The notes under the pieces are model-generated. The model made no database searches, had not been told where the DNA came from, and worked only from the letters and a program-made list of their open reading frames with translations. A DNA stretch of 64,000 nt from an uncultured bacterium (lineage in GTDB: Bacteria; Desulfobacterota_D; UBA1144; Nemesobacterales; UBA2774). Shown here one piece after another: positions 16,875 to 26,344 of the stretch. The stretch spans positions 256,001 through 320,000 of the forward strand of contig CAVPJU010000010.1 of NCBI GenBank assembly GCA_963705505.1, in the 5' to 3' direction. A program made the position numbers and the translations under genes. Each line of letters opens with the position of its first letter. Within the stretch, counting starts at the first letter, position 1.

Positions 16875-19721
16875 ATGTCGGAGGCGAAAAAAAGAAATTA
16901 TAAAGACACGCTCAACCTTCCGCGGACGGATTTCCCGATGAAGGCGAACCTCAATCAGAAAGAGCCCGAGTACCAGAAAAGGTGGAAAAAGATAAGGCTC
17001 TTCGAGAGGATGAGGGAGAAATCAAAAGGACAGGAAAAATTCATCTTCCACGACGGCCCGCCTTATGCGAACGGTCCCATACACCTGGGCCATCTGCTAA
17101 ATAAGGTGCTCAAGGACATAGTGGTGAGGTCGAAAACGATGCTGGGCTACGATGTGGATTTCGTCCCCGGCTGGGACTGCCACGGGCTGCCTATCGAGCA
17201 CAAGGTGTTAAAGGAGCTGGGGGAGGAAGCTAAAGAGCTCTCCAAAATAAAGATAAGATACAAGTGTCAGGCATACGCCGAAAAGTACGTGAAGCTTCAG
17301 GCGGGCCAGATGCAGAGCCTGGGCACGATAGGGGATTACGAACACCCGTACCTCACCATGACACCCGGCTACGAAGCCGGAGTGCTCGAGGTATTTTCGA
17401 AGCTCCTCGAAAGGGGGCTCGTTTACAGGGACTTAAAACCGGTCCACTGGTCGATCGAGAACCGGACCGCGCTTGCGGACGCAGAGCTCGAATATTATGA
17501 CAGGAACGACAGGAGCATTTACGTCCTCTTCGAAATAGAAAACCCGGAAGGCCTTCCCGCAAACCTCAATCTCCCCACGGACGTGTCTCCATCGCTCATG
17601 ATATGGACGACGACGCCCTGGACGCTTCCGGCGAACCTCGCTGTCGCCGTCTCGCCCGAAGGGAACTACAGCCTCTACCGTGTCACGAAAGACGGAAAGG
17701 AATATTATGTGGTCCTCGTGGAGAACCTTGCCGAGACCGTGTTCAAAAAATCCGGGACGGCGGAATACGAGAAACTGGGCACATGCACCGGACAGGAGCT
17801 GCACGATATGCCGGTGACATACAGGCACCCGTTCGCGGGACGCATGGGAAAGGTGGTTCTGGCGGATTACGTCACGTTCGATGAAGGCACGGGTCTTGTA
17901 CATACAGCGCCCGGCCACGGCATAGAGGACTATCAGACGGGGCTCAGGGAAGGGCTCGATATCTACTGCCCGGTGCTCGAGGACGGCACATTCGACGATA
18001 CCGTTCCCGAATGGTTACGCGGGCAGGACGTATGGGAGGCGAACGGGATAATAACCGACCGGCTCAGGGAATCGGGGAACCTATATTACGAAGAAGAATA
18101 CCTTCACAGCTACCCGCATGACTGGAGGAGCAAATCCCCCACGATATTCAGGGCTACCGAACAGTGGTTCATAAGCGTAGATAAGCGCATAGAGGAGTTC
18201 GGAGGGACTCTCAGGGAGCTTGCTCTCGAGTACTCGCGGAGCGGCATAGAATTCTACCCCGAGTGGGGCAGAAACAGGCTCAGAGGCATGCTCGAAGCGA
18301 GGCCGGACTGGTGCATAAGCCGCCAGAGAGCATGGGGGCTTCCCATACCTGCGTTCATGAGCGAGAGGGGAGAGATATTACTGACTCCGGATTCTGTGAA
18401 TGCAGTCATAGAAAAAATAAGACAAAAAGGGGCCAATTACTGGTTTCAGGCAACGGAAGAGGAAATACTCGAAGGCTACGACCCGGGGCAGGACAAGAAT
18501 GCGCCCGCATGGATAAAGAAAAAAGGGGCGCTCACGAAATTAAGGAAGGGCATGGACATATTCGACGTGTGGTTCGAGTCCGGCTCTTCGTGGCACTCGG
18601 TCCTGGAGCTGAGGAACATAGGGTACCCCGCAGACCTCTACCTCGAAGGGTCTGACCAGCACAGGGGCTGGTTTCAGCTCTCGCTCCTTCCCGCGCTCGG
18701 CGTGACAGGCAGGCCGCCTTTCAAAGCTCTCCTCACGCACGGCTTCATGGTCGACGCACACGGGAGGAAGATGAGCAAGTCCGGAGGGAACGCCCTCGAA
18801 GTGGACGAGCTCTTGAAGCAGCACGGGGCCGACATATGCAGGTGGTGGGTAAGCTCCCTCAAATATACGAACGACATAAAGGTCGATTGGGAGTTCTTCA
18901 AAGCAGCGGGGGAGGAATACAGGAAAGTCAGAAATACTATAAGGTTCCTGCTCGGGAATATATACGACTTCGATGCGGAAAAGGACGGCGTCAAATTTTC
19001 GGATGAGGACAGATACACGATCGACGGCTGGGCCATGGGAGAGCTCTCAAAATTCGTCCGGGAGACGAAGGAAGCCTACGACGGATTCCAGTACAAGAGG
19101 GCAAGCGAGCTGATATACGGTTTCTGCTACGATACTCTCAGCGCCGTTTATCTCGCAGCCACGAAGGACAGGCTCTATTGCGAACGGAGCGGCAGCAGGA
19201 AGAGGAGAAGGTGTCAGACCGCCATGTACCGTATTGCGGACGCGCTTATTAAACTGCTCGCGCCCATTCTCGCTCATACCTCCGACGAGGCATACCTTCA
19301 TCTGAGAGGAGAATCCGCCGACTCCGACGAGAGCGTGCATCTCATGGGCATGCCCGATGAAATAGAGACGGATACCGACCCGAACTGGGAAATGGTAATG
19401 GATATAAGGAGCAAGGTGTCAAAAGCGCTCGAAGAGGCGAAGGAGTCCCAGGGCGTATCCAACCCCCTCGATACGGGAGTGGAGGTTAGCCTCGAGTCCG
19501 AGTCTTACAGTAAGCTAAAACCATTCGAGCCCGAGCTTGCCGACCTCTCGGGTGTGAGCAGGTTTTCGCTAACGGAGGGAGAGGATTTTAAAATCACTAT
19601 CAATGACCTCACGGACGAGCCCAGGTGTGAGCGTTCCTGGAAGAGGGACGGCACCGTGAGAGAGCGCTCGGACGGGGGATTCCTTTCGGATAGGGATGCG
19701 GAGGCGCTGGGGATTGATTAG
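16875..19721 (+). CDS. ileS: Isoleucine--tRNA ligase (type 1)
   Basis: HDGPPYANG, HLGH, WTTTPWT, GTGLVH, EGSDQHRGWF, KMSKS. Confidence 0.97.
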   Translation: MSEAKKRNYKDTLNLPRTDFPMKANLNQKEPEYQKRWKKIRLFERMREKSKGQEKFIFHDGPPYANGPIHLGHLLNKVLKDIVVRSKTMLGYDVDFVPGWDCHGLPIEHKVLKELGEEAKELSKIKIRYKCQAYAEKYVKLQAGQMQSLGTIGDYEHPYLTMTPGYEAGVLEVFSKLLERGLVYRDLKPVHWSIENRTALADAELEYYDRNDRSIYVLFEIENPEGLPANLNLPTDVSPSLMIWTTTPWTLPANLAVAVSPEGNYSLYRVTKDGKEYYVVLVENLAETVFKKSGTAEYEKLGTCTGQELHDMPVTYRHPFAGRMGKVVLADYVTFDEGTGLVHTAPGHGIEDYQTGLREGLDIYCPVLEDGTFDDTVPEWLRGQDVWEANGIITDRLRESGNLYYEEEYLHSYPHDWRSKSPTIFRATEQWFISVDKRIEEFGGTLRELALEYSRSGIEFYPEWGRNRLRGMLEARPDWCISRQRAWGLPIPAFMSERGEILLTPDSVNAVIEKIRQKGANYWFQATEEEILEGYDPGQDKNAPAWIKKKGALTKLRKGMDIFDVWFESGSSWHSVLELRNIGYPADLYLEGSDQHRGWFQLSLLPALGVTGRPPFKALLTHGFMVDAHGRKMSKSGGNALEVDELLKQHGADICRWWVSSLKYTNDIKVDWEFFKAAGEEYRKVRNTIRFLLGNIYDFDAEKDGVKFSDEDRYTIDGWAMGELSKFVRETKEAYDGFQYKRASELIYGFCYDTLSAVYLAATKDRLYCERSGSRKRRRCQTAMYRIADALIKLLAPILAHTSDEAYLHLRGESADSDESVHLMGMPDEIETDTDPNWEMVMDIRSKVSKALEEAKESQGVSNPLDTGVEVSLESESYSKLKPFEPELADLSGVSRFSLTEGEDFKITINDLTDEPRCERSWKRDGTVRERSDGGFLSDRDAEALGID

Positions 19722-19741
19722 GCGGTTTCAGACTAAAAAAT

Positions 19742-19944
19742 AAATCCACCCTAGCCCTCCTTTACAAAAGGAGGGAATTATATAACAAAAGATGAGATCC
19801 TGAATCAAGTTCAGGATGACTGATTTTAATAAAAGGTGACACCCCCATCCTCACCTTCCCCCCTCAAGGGGGAAGGTAATAAATACTGCGCCCTTCGATC
19901 CTTCGACTTCGCTCAGGACAGGCTCACTGCTCGAGGATGAACGG
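19742..19944. repeat. REP-like palindrome mosaic C between convergent ileS and HIT genes (no 90-nt insert)
   Basis: CCCTCCTTTACAAAAGGAGGG; GAGATCCTGAATCAAGTTCAGGATGAC (19794-19820); CCCCCATCCTCACCTTCCCCCCTCAAGGGGGAAGG; CCTTCGACTTCGCTCAGGACAGG. Confidence 0.85.
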
Positions 19945-19981
19945 GTAATAAAATTACAGTATTCGAGACTGACACATTATA

Positions 19982-20323
19982 CTATCCGGGGGGCCAGTTC
20001 ATCTGCCTGCCGCCGAGGATATGCAGATGGACGTGGTAAACCTCCTGGCCGCCCTCCTTGTTCGTATTGATGACGATGCGGTAGCCGGAATCGGATACAC
20101 CGTGGTTTCTTGCGATTTCGGAAGCCTTGATGAGCAGATGCCCGAGGAGCGATTTATCCTTCTCAGTAACTTCCGCGAGTGAAGGTATCTCTCTTTTCGG
20201 CACGAGCAGAATATGAACGGGCGCTTTCGGGTCTATATCCTTAAAAGCGATACACTCATCGTCCTCATATACGATGGCAGCCGGTATCTTTCTATCGATT
20301 ATCCTCGTGAATATGGAACTCAT
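19982..20323 (-). CDS. hinT: Histidine triad (HIT) nucleotide-binding protein
   Basis: GQEVYHVHLHILGGRQMNWPPG. Confidence 0.92.
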   Translation of the reverse strand: MSSIFTRIIDRKIPAAIVYEDDECIAFKDIDPKAPVHILLVPKREIPSLAEVTEKDKSLLGHLLIKASEIARNHGVSDSGYRIVINTNKEGGQEVYHVHLHILGGRQMNWPPG

Positions 20324-20427
20324 AATCGTCTCCTGCTCCAGTGATATAAACTGAACCCGATAGTTATTAACCAATATAACACAGTTGCCCCGGCGCTCAA
20401 TCGGGAATTACGTATTTTATTTTTATG

Positions 20428-20672
20428 GTACCCCCTCACCCTAACCCACCTTTACGAAAGGAGGGAATTAAAAGGAAAGGACGAGATTGCCGCGCCGCGA
20501 TTTGTTTTTGGTTCCTTCATCCCGCGGTAAAGGTACTTGAATGTATTCTGTGAAGGGCGTCCGGTTGCGCGCTTGCTTACAACCGTTGCGGCTCGCAATG
20601 ACCGGTCTATCACCCCCATCCTTCACCTTCCCCCCTCGAGGGGGAAGGAAGTAAAAAGGCTCGGACGAACGG
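20428..20672. repeat. REP-like palindrome mosaic D, with one insert of about 85-87 nt
   Basis: CCCCCTCACCCTAACCCACCTTTACGAAAGGAGGG; split GAGATTGCCGCGCCGC (20483-20498)...TTGCGGCTCGCAATGAC (20586-20602); CACCCCCATCCTTCACCTTCCCCCCTCGAGGGGGAAGG. Confidence 0.85.
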
Positions 20673-20703
20673 GCCAATAAGATTAAATCCCCAGCAGTCC
20701 TAT

Positions 20704-21768
20704 TCAAAGCTTTATCCCGCGCCAGCTTTCGATTGGGTCGGTCGAGCGGACTACGTTCATTCCGGCATCGGAGAATCTGGCGAACGCCTTATCCGCTTCC
20801 TCCGTATAGTCGATCACGCCCGGAACCACGACGGGGGACGTGCAGTCTTCCAGCAGGTATATCTTTTCTACTAGCCCCTCATCCCCGGCCATGACCTTCT
20901 CCAGAAGGTCGGCTATGGTCCACGCGACGCAGTGGCTCTTTGCCTGACCCGCTATTATCACCGCATCGAACTCCGTGAGCTTCCCGTATATCGCCTCCGA
21001 AGCCGCGGGCTTCTGAAAGAGCGATTCGGTCCTTAGAATGAGCGGCTTTCCGTCGGGCCCCGTGGACACCTCGGGGCCGAGGACCGAGTAATGCTCGGTC
21101 AAAGGGTGGTCTCCCTTTACGTGAATATCGGGCTGGCTGAAGCGGGCGATCGAATGAAAGAAAACCGCTTCCTCCACAGAGGACGCGAGCGCGTGACCTA
21201 TGCCTCCGAGCATCGCATGGTAAGGCCATATCGTGAGCTCGTATTTGCCTGACTTTTTTAATTCTCTCGTGTAATGAAGTAAGTGGCGCTCCATATAATC
21301 ATCGCCGTGCATGAGGCTGTGGCTGAGCTTCTTATTGAACCTCCACCTGCCGGCCTCTATGTCCTCGACCGAGATGAGCGTATAGGGGGCAGGGTGCTCC
21401 CCGCGTTCGTTTACAAAAAATATTCCGTGAAATATCTGCATCGCCTGGTGCGTATCCATTGTAGGGGCGATCTCCGTAATACAACCCAGGTTCCTGTACA
21501 TGAACTCGCAGAGCCTCCTGTTGTCGTCCACGGCTCCCCGTCCAGAGCGCCCGCCCACGAAGAGCTCGAAGCCCGGTATGCAGAACGTGTTCTGAGCGTC
21601 CACAATGATGAGCGATATCCTGAACCCGTCCACAGAAGAGGGCCGGATGCCGTGCTTACCCGCCCATTCCGCAGCGGAATGGGAGATAGACTGATACTCG
21701 ACCCTGAAGACGTCTCCCGTTTTGTCGGGATCAAAATGCGGGGGCAAGGGCAGCTCTCTCTTTTTCAT
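20704..21768 (-). CDS. Isochorismatase / nicotinamidase-like cysteine hydrolase
   Basis: [30 protein letters not shown]. Confidence 0.85.
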   Translation of the reverse strand: MKKRELPLPPHFDPDKTGDVFRVEYQSISHSAAEWAGKHGIRPSSVDGFRISLIIVDAQNTFCIPGFELFVGGRSGRGAVDDNRRLCEFMYRNLGCITEIAPTMDTHQAMQIFHGIFFVNERGEHPAPYTLISVEDIEAGRWRFNKKLSHSLMHGDDYMERHLLHYTRELKKSGKYELTIWPYHAMLGGIGHALASSVEEAVFFHSIARFSQPDIHVKGDHPLTEHYSVLGPEVSTGPDGKPLILRTESLFQKPAASEAIYGKLTEFDAVIIAGQAKSHCVAWTIADLLEKVMAGDEGLVEKIYLLEDCTSPVVVPGVIDYTEEADKAFARFSDAGMNVVRSTDPIESWRGIKL

Positions 21769-21922
21769 TGCTCAGCTCCGGATTCATTTGCATGCCGGTC
21801 ACAGATTGAACCGGTCAATGATTAATCTAACAGATTGGAATAATCACTACTAATTGAAATAATCCGATTCATCGATGATAATGAATTCTTAAGGACTCAA
21901 ATAAACCGTATTTCAGCCCGCC

Positions 21923-22681
21923 ATGAAAGTCTATCTGTTCGTGACATGTCTCGTCGATACATTTTTTCCCGGGGTAGGGGAGGGGATGGTAAAAGTACTC
22001 GACAGGTTAGGCGTCGATGTCGAATTCCCCCCTGATCAGACGTGCTGCGGCCAGCCCGCATTTAACAGCGGGTACAGGGAGGAGGCGAGGGCGGTGGCCG
22101 AGAGGTTCATATCCATATTCGGGAAGGCGATAACAGAGAGCGGAGATAAGGAAGCATACATCGTATGCCCATCCGGATCGTGCACGACCATGCTTAAAGT
22201 ATTCTATAAAGAACTATTCGCTAAAGACCCGTTATACTTGGATAAAATAGAATACTTATCGAATAAAACGTACGAATTCTCGGAATTTCTGGTTAAGGTG
22301 CTGAATAAGTCCGACGTAGGCGCTGTTTACAACGGCGTCGTCACGTATCACGATTCCTGCCACCTATTGAGGGAGCTCGGCGTCAAGGACGAGCCCAGAA
22401 AGTTAATAGAGGCGGTCAGCGGGGTTGAATTCAGAGAGATGGACCTCCATGACGCTTGCTGCGGATTCGGGGGCACGTTCTCCATAAAATTCCCCCGTGT
22501 TTCGGTCTCGATGCTCGACGAGAAGATAGAGTGCATCCTGGGGAGCGGGGCCGATACAGTGGTATCGTCGGATATGGGATGCCTGATGAACATAAGCGGG
22601 GCGCTCGGCAGAAGGAAGATACCCGTTAAGGTTTTGCACATAGCGGAGCTTCTGGCGCGCACGGGAAGCGACAAAGATTAA
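21923..22681 (+). CDS. lutA: Lactate utilization protein A (CCG-domain Fe-S protein)
   Basis: TCLVD, QTCCGQPAFNSG, YHDSCH, CCGFGGTFS. Confidence 0.9.
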   Translation: MKVYLFVTCLVDTFFPGVGEGMVKVLDRLGVDVEFPPDQTCCGQPAFNSGYREEARAVAERFISIFGKAITESGDKEAYIVCPSGSCTTMLKVFYKELFAKDPLYLDKIEYLSNKTYEFSEFLVKVLNKSDVGAVYNGVVTYHDSCHLLRELGVKDEPRKLIEAVSGVEFREMDLHDACCGFGGTFSIKFPRVSVSMLDEKIECILGSGADTVVSSDMGCLMNISGALGRRKIPVKVLHIAELLARTGSDKD

Positions 22682-22693
22682 AGGCTGAAAACG

Positions 22694-24130
22694 ATGGGAT
22701 ACGAGAAGGTAAATTTCGAGAAAGATTCCGCACGCGCAGTCGAGGACAAAAAGCTCCAGCGAGCGCTCATCAACGTCACGAACCGATTCAGGTCGGCGAG
22801 GAATAAGGCGAGCGCGGAGGTGCCCGGCTGGGAGGAACTCCGCAGCCGCGGCAGGGAGATCAAAAAAGAGACCATAGAAAATCTCGATAGATATCTCCTC
22901 ATGCTGGAGAAGAACGTGGAGAAGGCGGGGGGACACGTACACTGGGCGCGGGACAGAGAAGAGGCCTGCAGGATCATCATCGGGATCGCGCGGAAGAACG
23001 GCGTCAAATCAGCGGTGAAAAGCAAGTCCATGGCGACAGAGGAAGTAGAGCTCAACCGGGCTCTCGAGACAGCGGGAATAAGGGCCATAGAGACCGACCT
23101 CGGAGAATATATAATTCAGCTGGCAGGGGAGCACCCTTCTCACATAATCGCCCCCGCGGTGCATAAGACAAAAGACGACATATCGAAGCTCTTCTCGGAG
23201 AAGCTCGGAATCCCGTACCTGAGCGACCCCGCCGACCTGACCAGGGTGGCAAGGGAGCTGATGAGGAGCGAATTCCTGAGCGCGGGTATGGGGATATCGG
23301 GGGCCAATTTCGCGGTCGCAGAGACAGGGACGATAGTGATAGTGGAGAACGAGGGGAACGCACGGCTCACGACTACTGTTCCGCGTATTCACGTAGCGCT
23401 CATGGGGATAGAAAAGATAATCCCCCGCTATAACGACCTTTCGCTCTTTCTCACTCTCCTCGCCAGGAGCGCGACGGGACAAAAATCATCCACGTATGTT
23501 TCGTTCATAACAGGGCCGCGGAGAAAAACGGATATCGACGGCCCCGAGGAATTCCACCTCGTGCTCTTGGATAACGGGCGCTCGGGGATAATCGCAAATG
23601 AAGAAACGAGGGAGTCCTTATACTGCATAAGGTGCGGCGCTTGTCTCAACAACTGTCCCGTGTATAGAAAGGTGGGAGGGCATTCGTACGGCTGGGTATA
23701 TTCGGGACCCATCGGGGCGATAATAAACCCTCAGCTGATGGGCATAGAAAAGGCTCCCGAGCTTCCCTTCGCATCGTCGCTATGCGGGGCCTGCCGGGAC
23801 GTGTGCCCGGTGAAAATAGATTTCCCGAAGGTATTGCTCGAACTGAGACACGAAGTAAGGGAATCGAAAATGGAGACGGGTAAGCGATGGGAGCTGTTCA
23901 TGGAGCGGCTTACTTTCAGGATGTGGCGCGTTATCGTTACGAACAGCAAGCTATACGGCCTCGCATCCGGGATTGCGTATTATCTCCAGATTCCTTTCCG
24001 CGGAAGCGACGGGAGTCTCAAATCACTTCCGTACCCGTTTTCGAGGTGGACGCAGGAGAGGGATTTTCCCGCGCTGGCCGCGACTCCCTTCAGGGAAAGG
24101 TGGAAAAAATTGAAAAGAGAGATAGGGTAG
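22694..24130 (+). CDS. lutB: Lactate utilization protein B
   Basis: KSKSMATEE, ETDLGEYIIQL, CIRCGACLNNCP, SSLCGACRDVCP. Confidence 0.93.
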   Translation: MGYEKVNFEKDSARAVEDKKLQRALINVTNRFRSARNKASAEVPGWEELRSRGREIKKETIENLDRYLLMLEKNVEKAGGHVHWARDREEACRIIIGIARKNGVKSAVKSKSMATEEVELNRALETAGIRAIETDLGEYIIQLAGEHPSHIIAPAVHKTKDDISKLFSEKLGIPYLSDPADLTRVARELMRSEFLSAGMGISGANFAVAETGTIVIVENEGNARLTTTVPRIHVALMGIEKIIPRYNDLSLFLTLLARSATGQKSSTYVSFITGPRRKTDIDGPEEFHLVLLDNGRSGIIANEETRESLYCIRCGACLNNCPVYRKVGGHSYGWVYSGPIGAIINPQLMGIEKAPELPFASSLCGACRDVCPVKIDFPKVLLELRHEVRESKMETGKRWELFMERLTFRMWRVIVTNSKLYGLASGIAYYLQIPFRGSDGSLKSLPYPFSRWTQERDFPALAATPFRERWKKLKREIG

Positions 24131-24142
24131 GGGAGGCGGAAT

Positions 24143-24868
24143 ATGGGAAACAATTCACGCGAAGAGATACTGAGCAGGGTGAGAAAGGGGCTATACGGTA
24201 GCGGTGCGCATCAAGCGGGAGCGTTTTCACCCGGAGAAGAGGAGAGGGATTTTCATAAAGAAGCAGAAGAGATTAGAAGACACAATATAACCAATGAAGA
24301 CAGTCTATTAAAGCAAATCCTTAAAGAACTGCTTAATGTCAATGCGGAGGTTAGAACAGCGGAATCCGAAGACGGATTGAAAGCTTCGATTGCAGAGCTT
24401 ATCAGTGCGAAAGGAATCTCGTCTTTTGCGATGTGTGAATCGGACTATTTAAAAAAACTCGGGCTGAGAGATTTCCTGACCTCGGAAGGATTGGAACACC
24501 TGGAAGCAAGCGATAAGGAAGTAGTCGCAAAAGCCGGGATCGGAATAACGGAGGTCGATTATGCGATAGCGGATACGGGGACTCTCGTGATCCTCACAGA
24601 CGTAATGAGACCGAGGAGTGTGTCGCTCCTTCCGCCGATACACTTGGCGATTGTGAGGAAGGGTAATTTAGTAAGCAATATAAGCGACTTATTCATCATA
24701 CTTAAACAAACGCTCGATGACACTCAAGACATCACGAGCTGCATGACATTTATCACAGGGCCAAGCAGGACGGCGGATATAGAGCTCAATCTTACACTCG
24801 GGGTCCACGGCCCGAAGGAGCTGTATGTCATTTTAATTGCAGATAAATTAGCAGAACGTGAATCCTAA
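24143..24868 (+). CDS. lutC: Lactate utilization protein C
   Basis: AIADTGTL, SLLPPIH, ITGPSRTADIELNLTLGVHGP. Confidence 0.9.
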   Translation: MGNNSREEILSRVRKGLYGSGAHQAGAFSPGEEERDFHKEAEEIRRHNITNEDSLLKQILKELLNVNAEVRTAESEDGLKASIAELISAKGISSFAMCESDYLKKLGLRDFLTSEGLEHLEASDKEVVAKAGIGITEVDYAIADTGTLVILTDVMRPRSVSLLPPIHLAIVRKGNLVSNISDLFIILKQTLDDTQDITSCMTFITGPSRTADIELNLTLGVHGPKELYVILIADKLAERES

Positions 24869-24874
24869 AGCCGG

Positions 24875-25375
24875 TCAATTCGGGAATTCAACATACGGTC
24901 CGGCGGGCTCTTTGCCGGGCGGCACGTAATCAGGCGTAGGCTCGCCCGCGGGACCCAATGACTTGATGAAGAGATAAACATCGGTCAAGTCCGTGTCGGT
25001 CATATCCCTCAGCACATACCAGGGCATAGGCGGTCTGGCCTTCACATAACGTACATTGTTAATCCACTCGGCTTCTGTAAGTCCCTGCACGAAAAGACGG
25101 AGGTTCAGAGCGTAAGTCGTGCCCCAGGGACCCCGCCAGCCGACCGGGCTCCCCGTGAGCCATTGATCGACGGGGATATTCCCGTCCGCCTCGGGATAAC
25201 CCGGCGTGTGGCAGTCATTACAGCCCGTGATTTTCACGATATACTCGCCGTGCTTGACGGGATCCGAATTCCCGTTTCCCGCCGACCCTGTGCCGGCCAT
25301 CTTGTTGCATGAGATTAACGCCGTACCCACCAAGACTGTAGCGGCCATCAAGAAGAGAACTTTTTTATATAACAT
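24875..25375 (-). CDS. Monoheme c-type cytochrome, probable lipoprotein
   Basis: Signal peptide ending LISC; CNDCH heme motif; RPPMPW distal Met. Confidence 0.85.
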   Translation of the reverse strand: MLYKKVLFLMAATVLVGTALISCNKMAGTGSAGNGNSDPVKHGEYIVKITGCNDCHTPGYPEADGNIPVDQWLTGSPVGWRGPWGTTYALNLRLFVQGLTEAEWINNVRYVKARPPMPWYVLRDMTDTDLTDVYLFIKSLGPAGEPTPDYVPPGKEPAGPYVEFPN

Positions 25376-25543
25376 TCTCCATCATCCTCCCGTAAGGAAT
25401 ATCGAGTACAATTTTGAGTTATCTATTATAGGGAGCTAAGAAAATAAACGCAATACTTTTATATTCAGATCTCGAGAGCCGGAGAGGATTGCTGAGTCCG
25501 TAAAATAAAAAAGGAGTAAAGTTTTGCGGCTGCCGATATAAAA

Positions 25544-26272
25544 TCATCCATTCCCGATCCAGTCACGGGCGTTAAATTCTTTGCCGGTAACGCCGGTCGA
25601 GTCATCCGATGCCAGATAGACGAAGACGGGGGAAATTTCCTCGGGCGAGGGCAGGGACATAGGGTCCTCGTCAGGGTAGGCCCCGGCTCTCATGTCGGTA
25701 CGCGTCCCCCCGGGGTTGACCGAATTCACCCTCGGCCCCGAATCTCCCAATTCGTCCGCAAGGACCTGCGTCAGGGCCTCGATCCCGAATTTGGAAGCGG
25801 CGTAAGCTCCCCATTCCTTTTTTCCCTTTCTCCCGACACTCGAGCTCACGTTTATGACGGAACCGCTTTTGGATTTCATGAGAAGCGGGAGGAGGGCTTT
25901 TGTGACGAAGAACTGGGCGTTGAGATTGATATGAATCACTTCCTCCCAGATATCTTCCGGATATTCGAGGATAGGTTTCCGTTCGCCGAGGATGCTCGCG
26001 TTGTTAACGAGTATGTCGAGCGATCCCCATTTTTCAGCGACCGACTTCGCGAGCTTCTTTACGTCATCCTTGTTCGCGATATCGGCGACGACGTAATCTA
26101 TTCGCCCATACTTTCCGAGCTCGTTGCATGCCGCTCTCAAATTGATTTCATTCCTTCCGCATATAACGACGGATGCGCCTTCGTTAAGGAACGCCCTTGC
26201 TATCCCTTTGCCGATACCTTTGCCTCCGCCGGTAATGAGAGCCTTTTTACCCTGCAGTTTCATTATCTTCAA
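25544..26272 (-). CDS. Short-chain dehydrogenase/reductase (YciK-like)
   Basis: TGGGKGIG, SSSVGRKG..WGAYAASK, NPGGTRTDMRA. Confidence 0.9.
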   Translation of the reverse strand: MKIMKLQGKKALITGGGKGIGKGIARAFLNEGASVVICGRNEINLRAACNELGKYGRIDYVVADIANKDDVKKLAKSVAEKWGSLDILVNNASILGERKPILEYPEDIWEEVIHINLNAQFFVTKALLPLLMKSKSGSVINVSSSVGRKGKKEWGAYAASKFGIEALTQVLADELGDSGPRVNSVNPGGTRTDMRAGAYPDEDPMSLPSPEEISPVFVYLASDDSTGVTGKEFNARDWIGNG

Positions 26273-26344
26273 TTCTACCTGTTGCAGTTATCGAAACTAA
26301 GAGATTCTGTGATATGAAACTTATACGCGTTATCGGGTAGAAGG

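Noticed and set aside
5731..20585. Diversity-generating retroelement TR/VR pairs
   Set aside because: Differences between units are not adenine-specific, they are not at 3' ends of genes, and no reverse transcriptase is present
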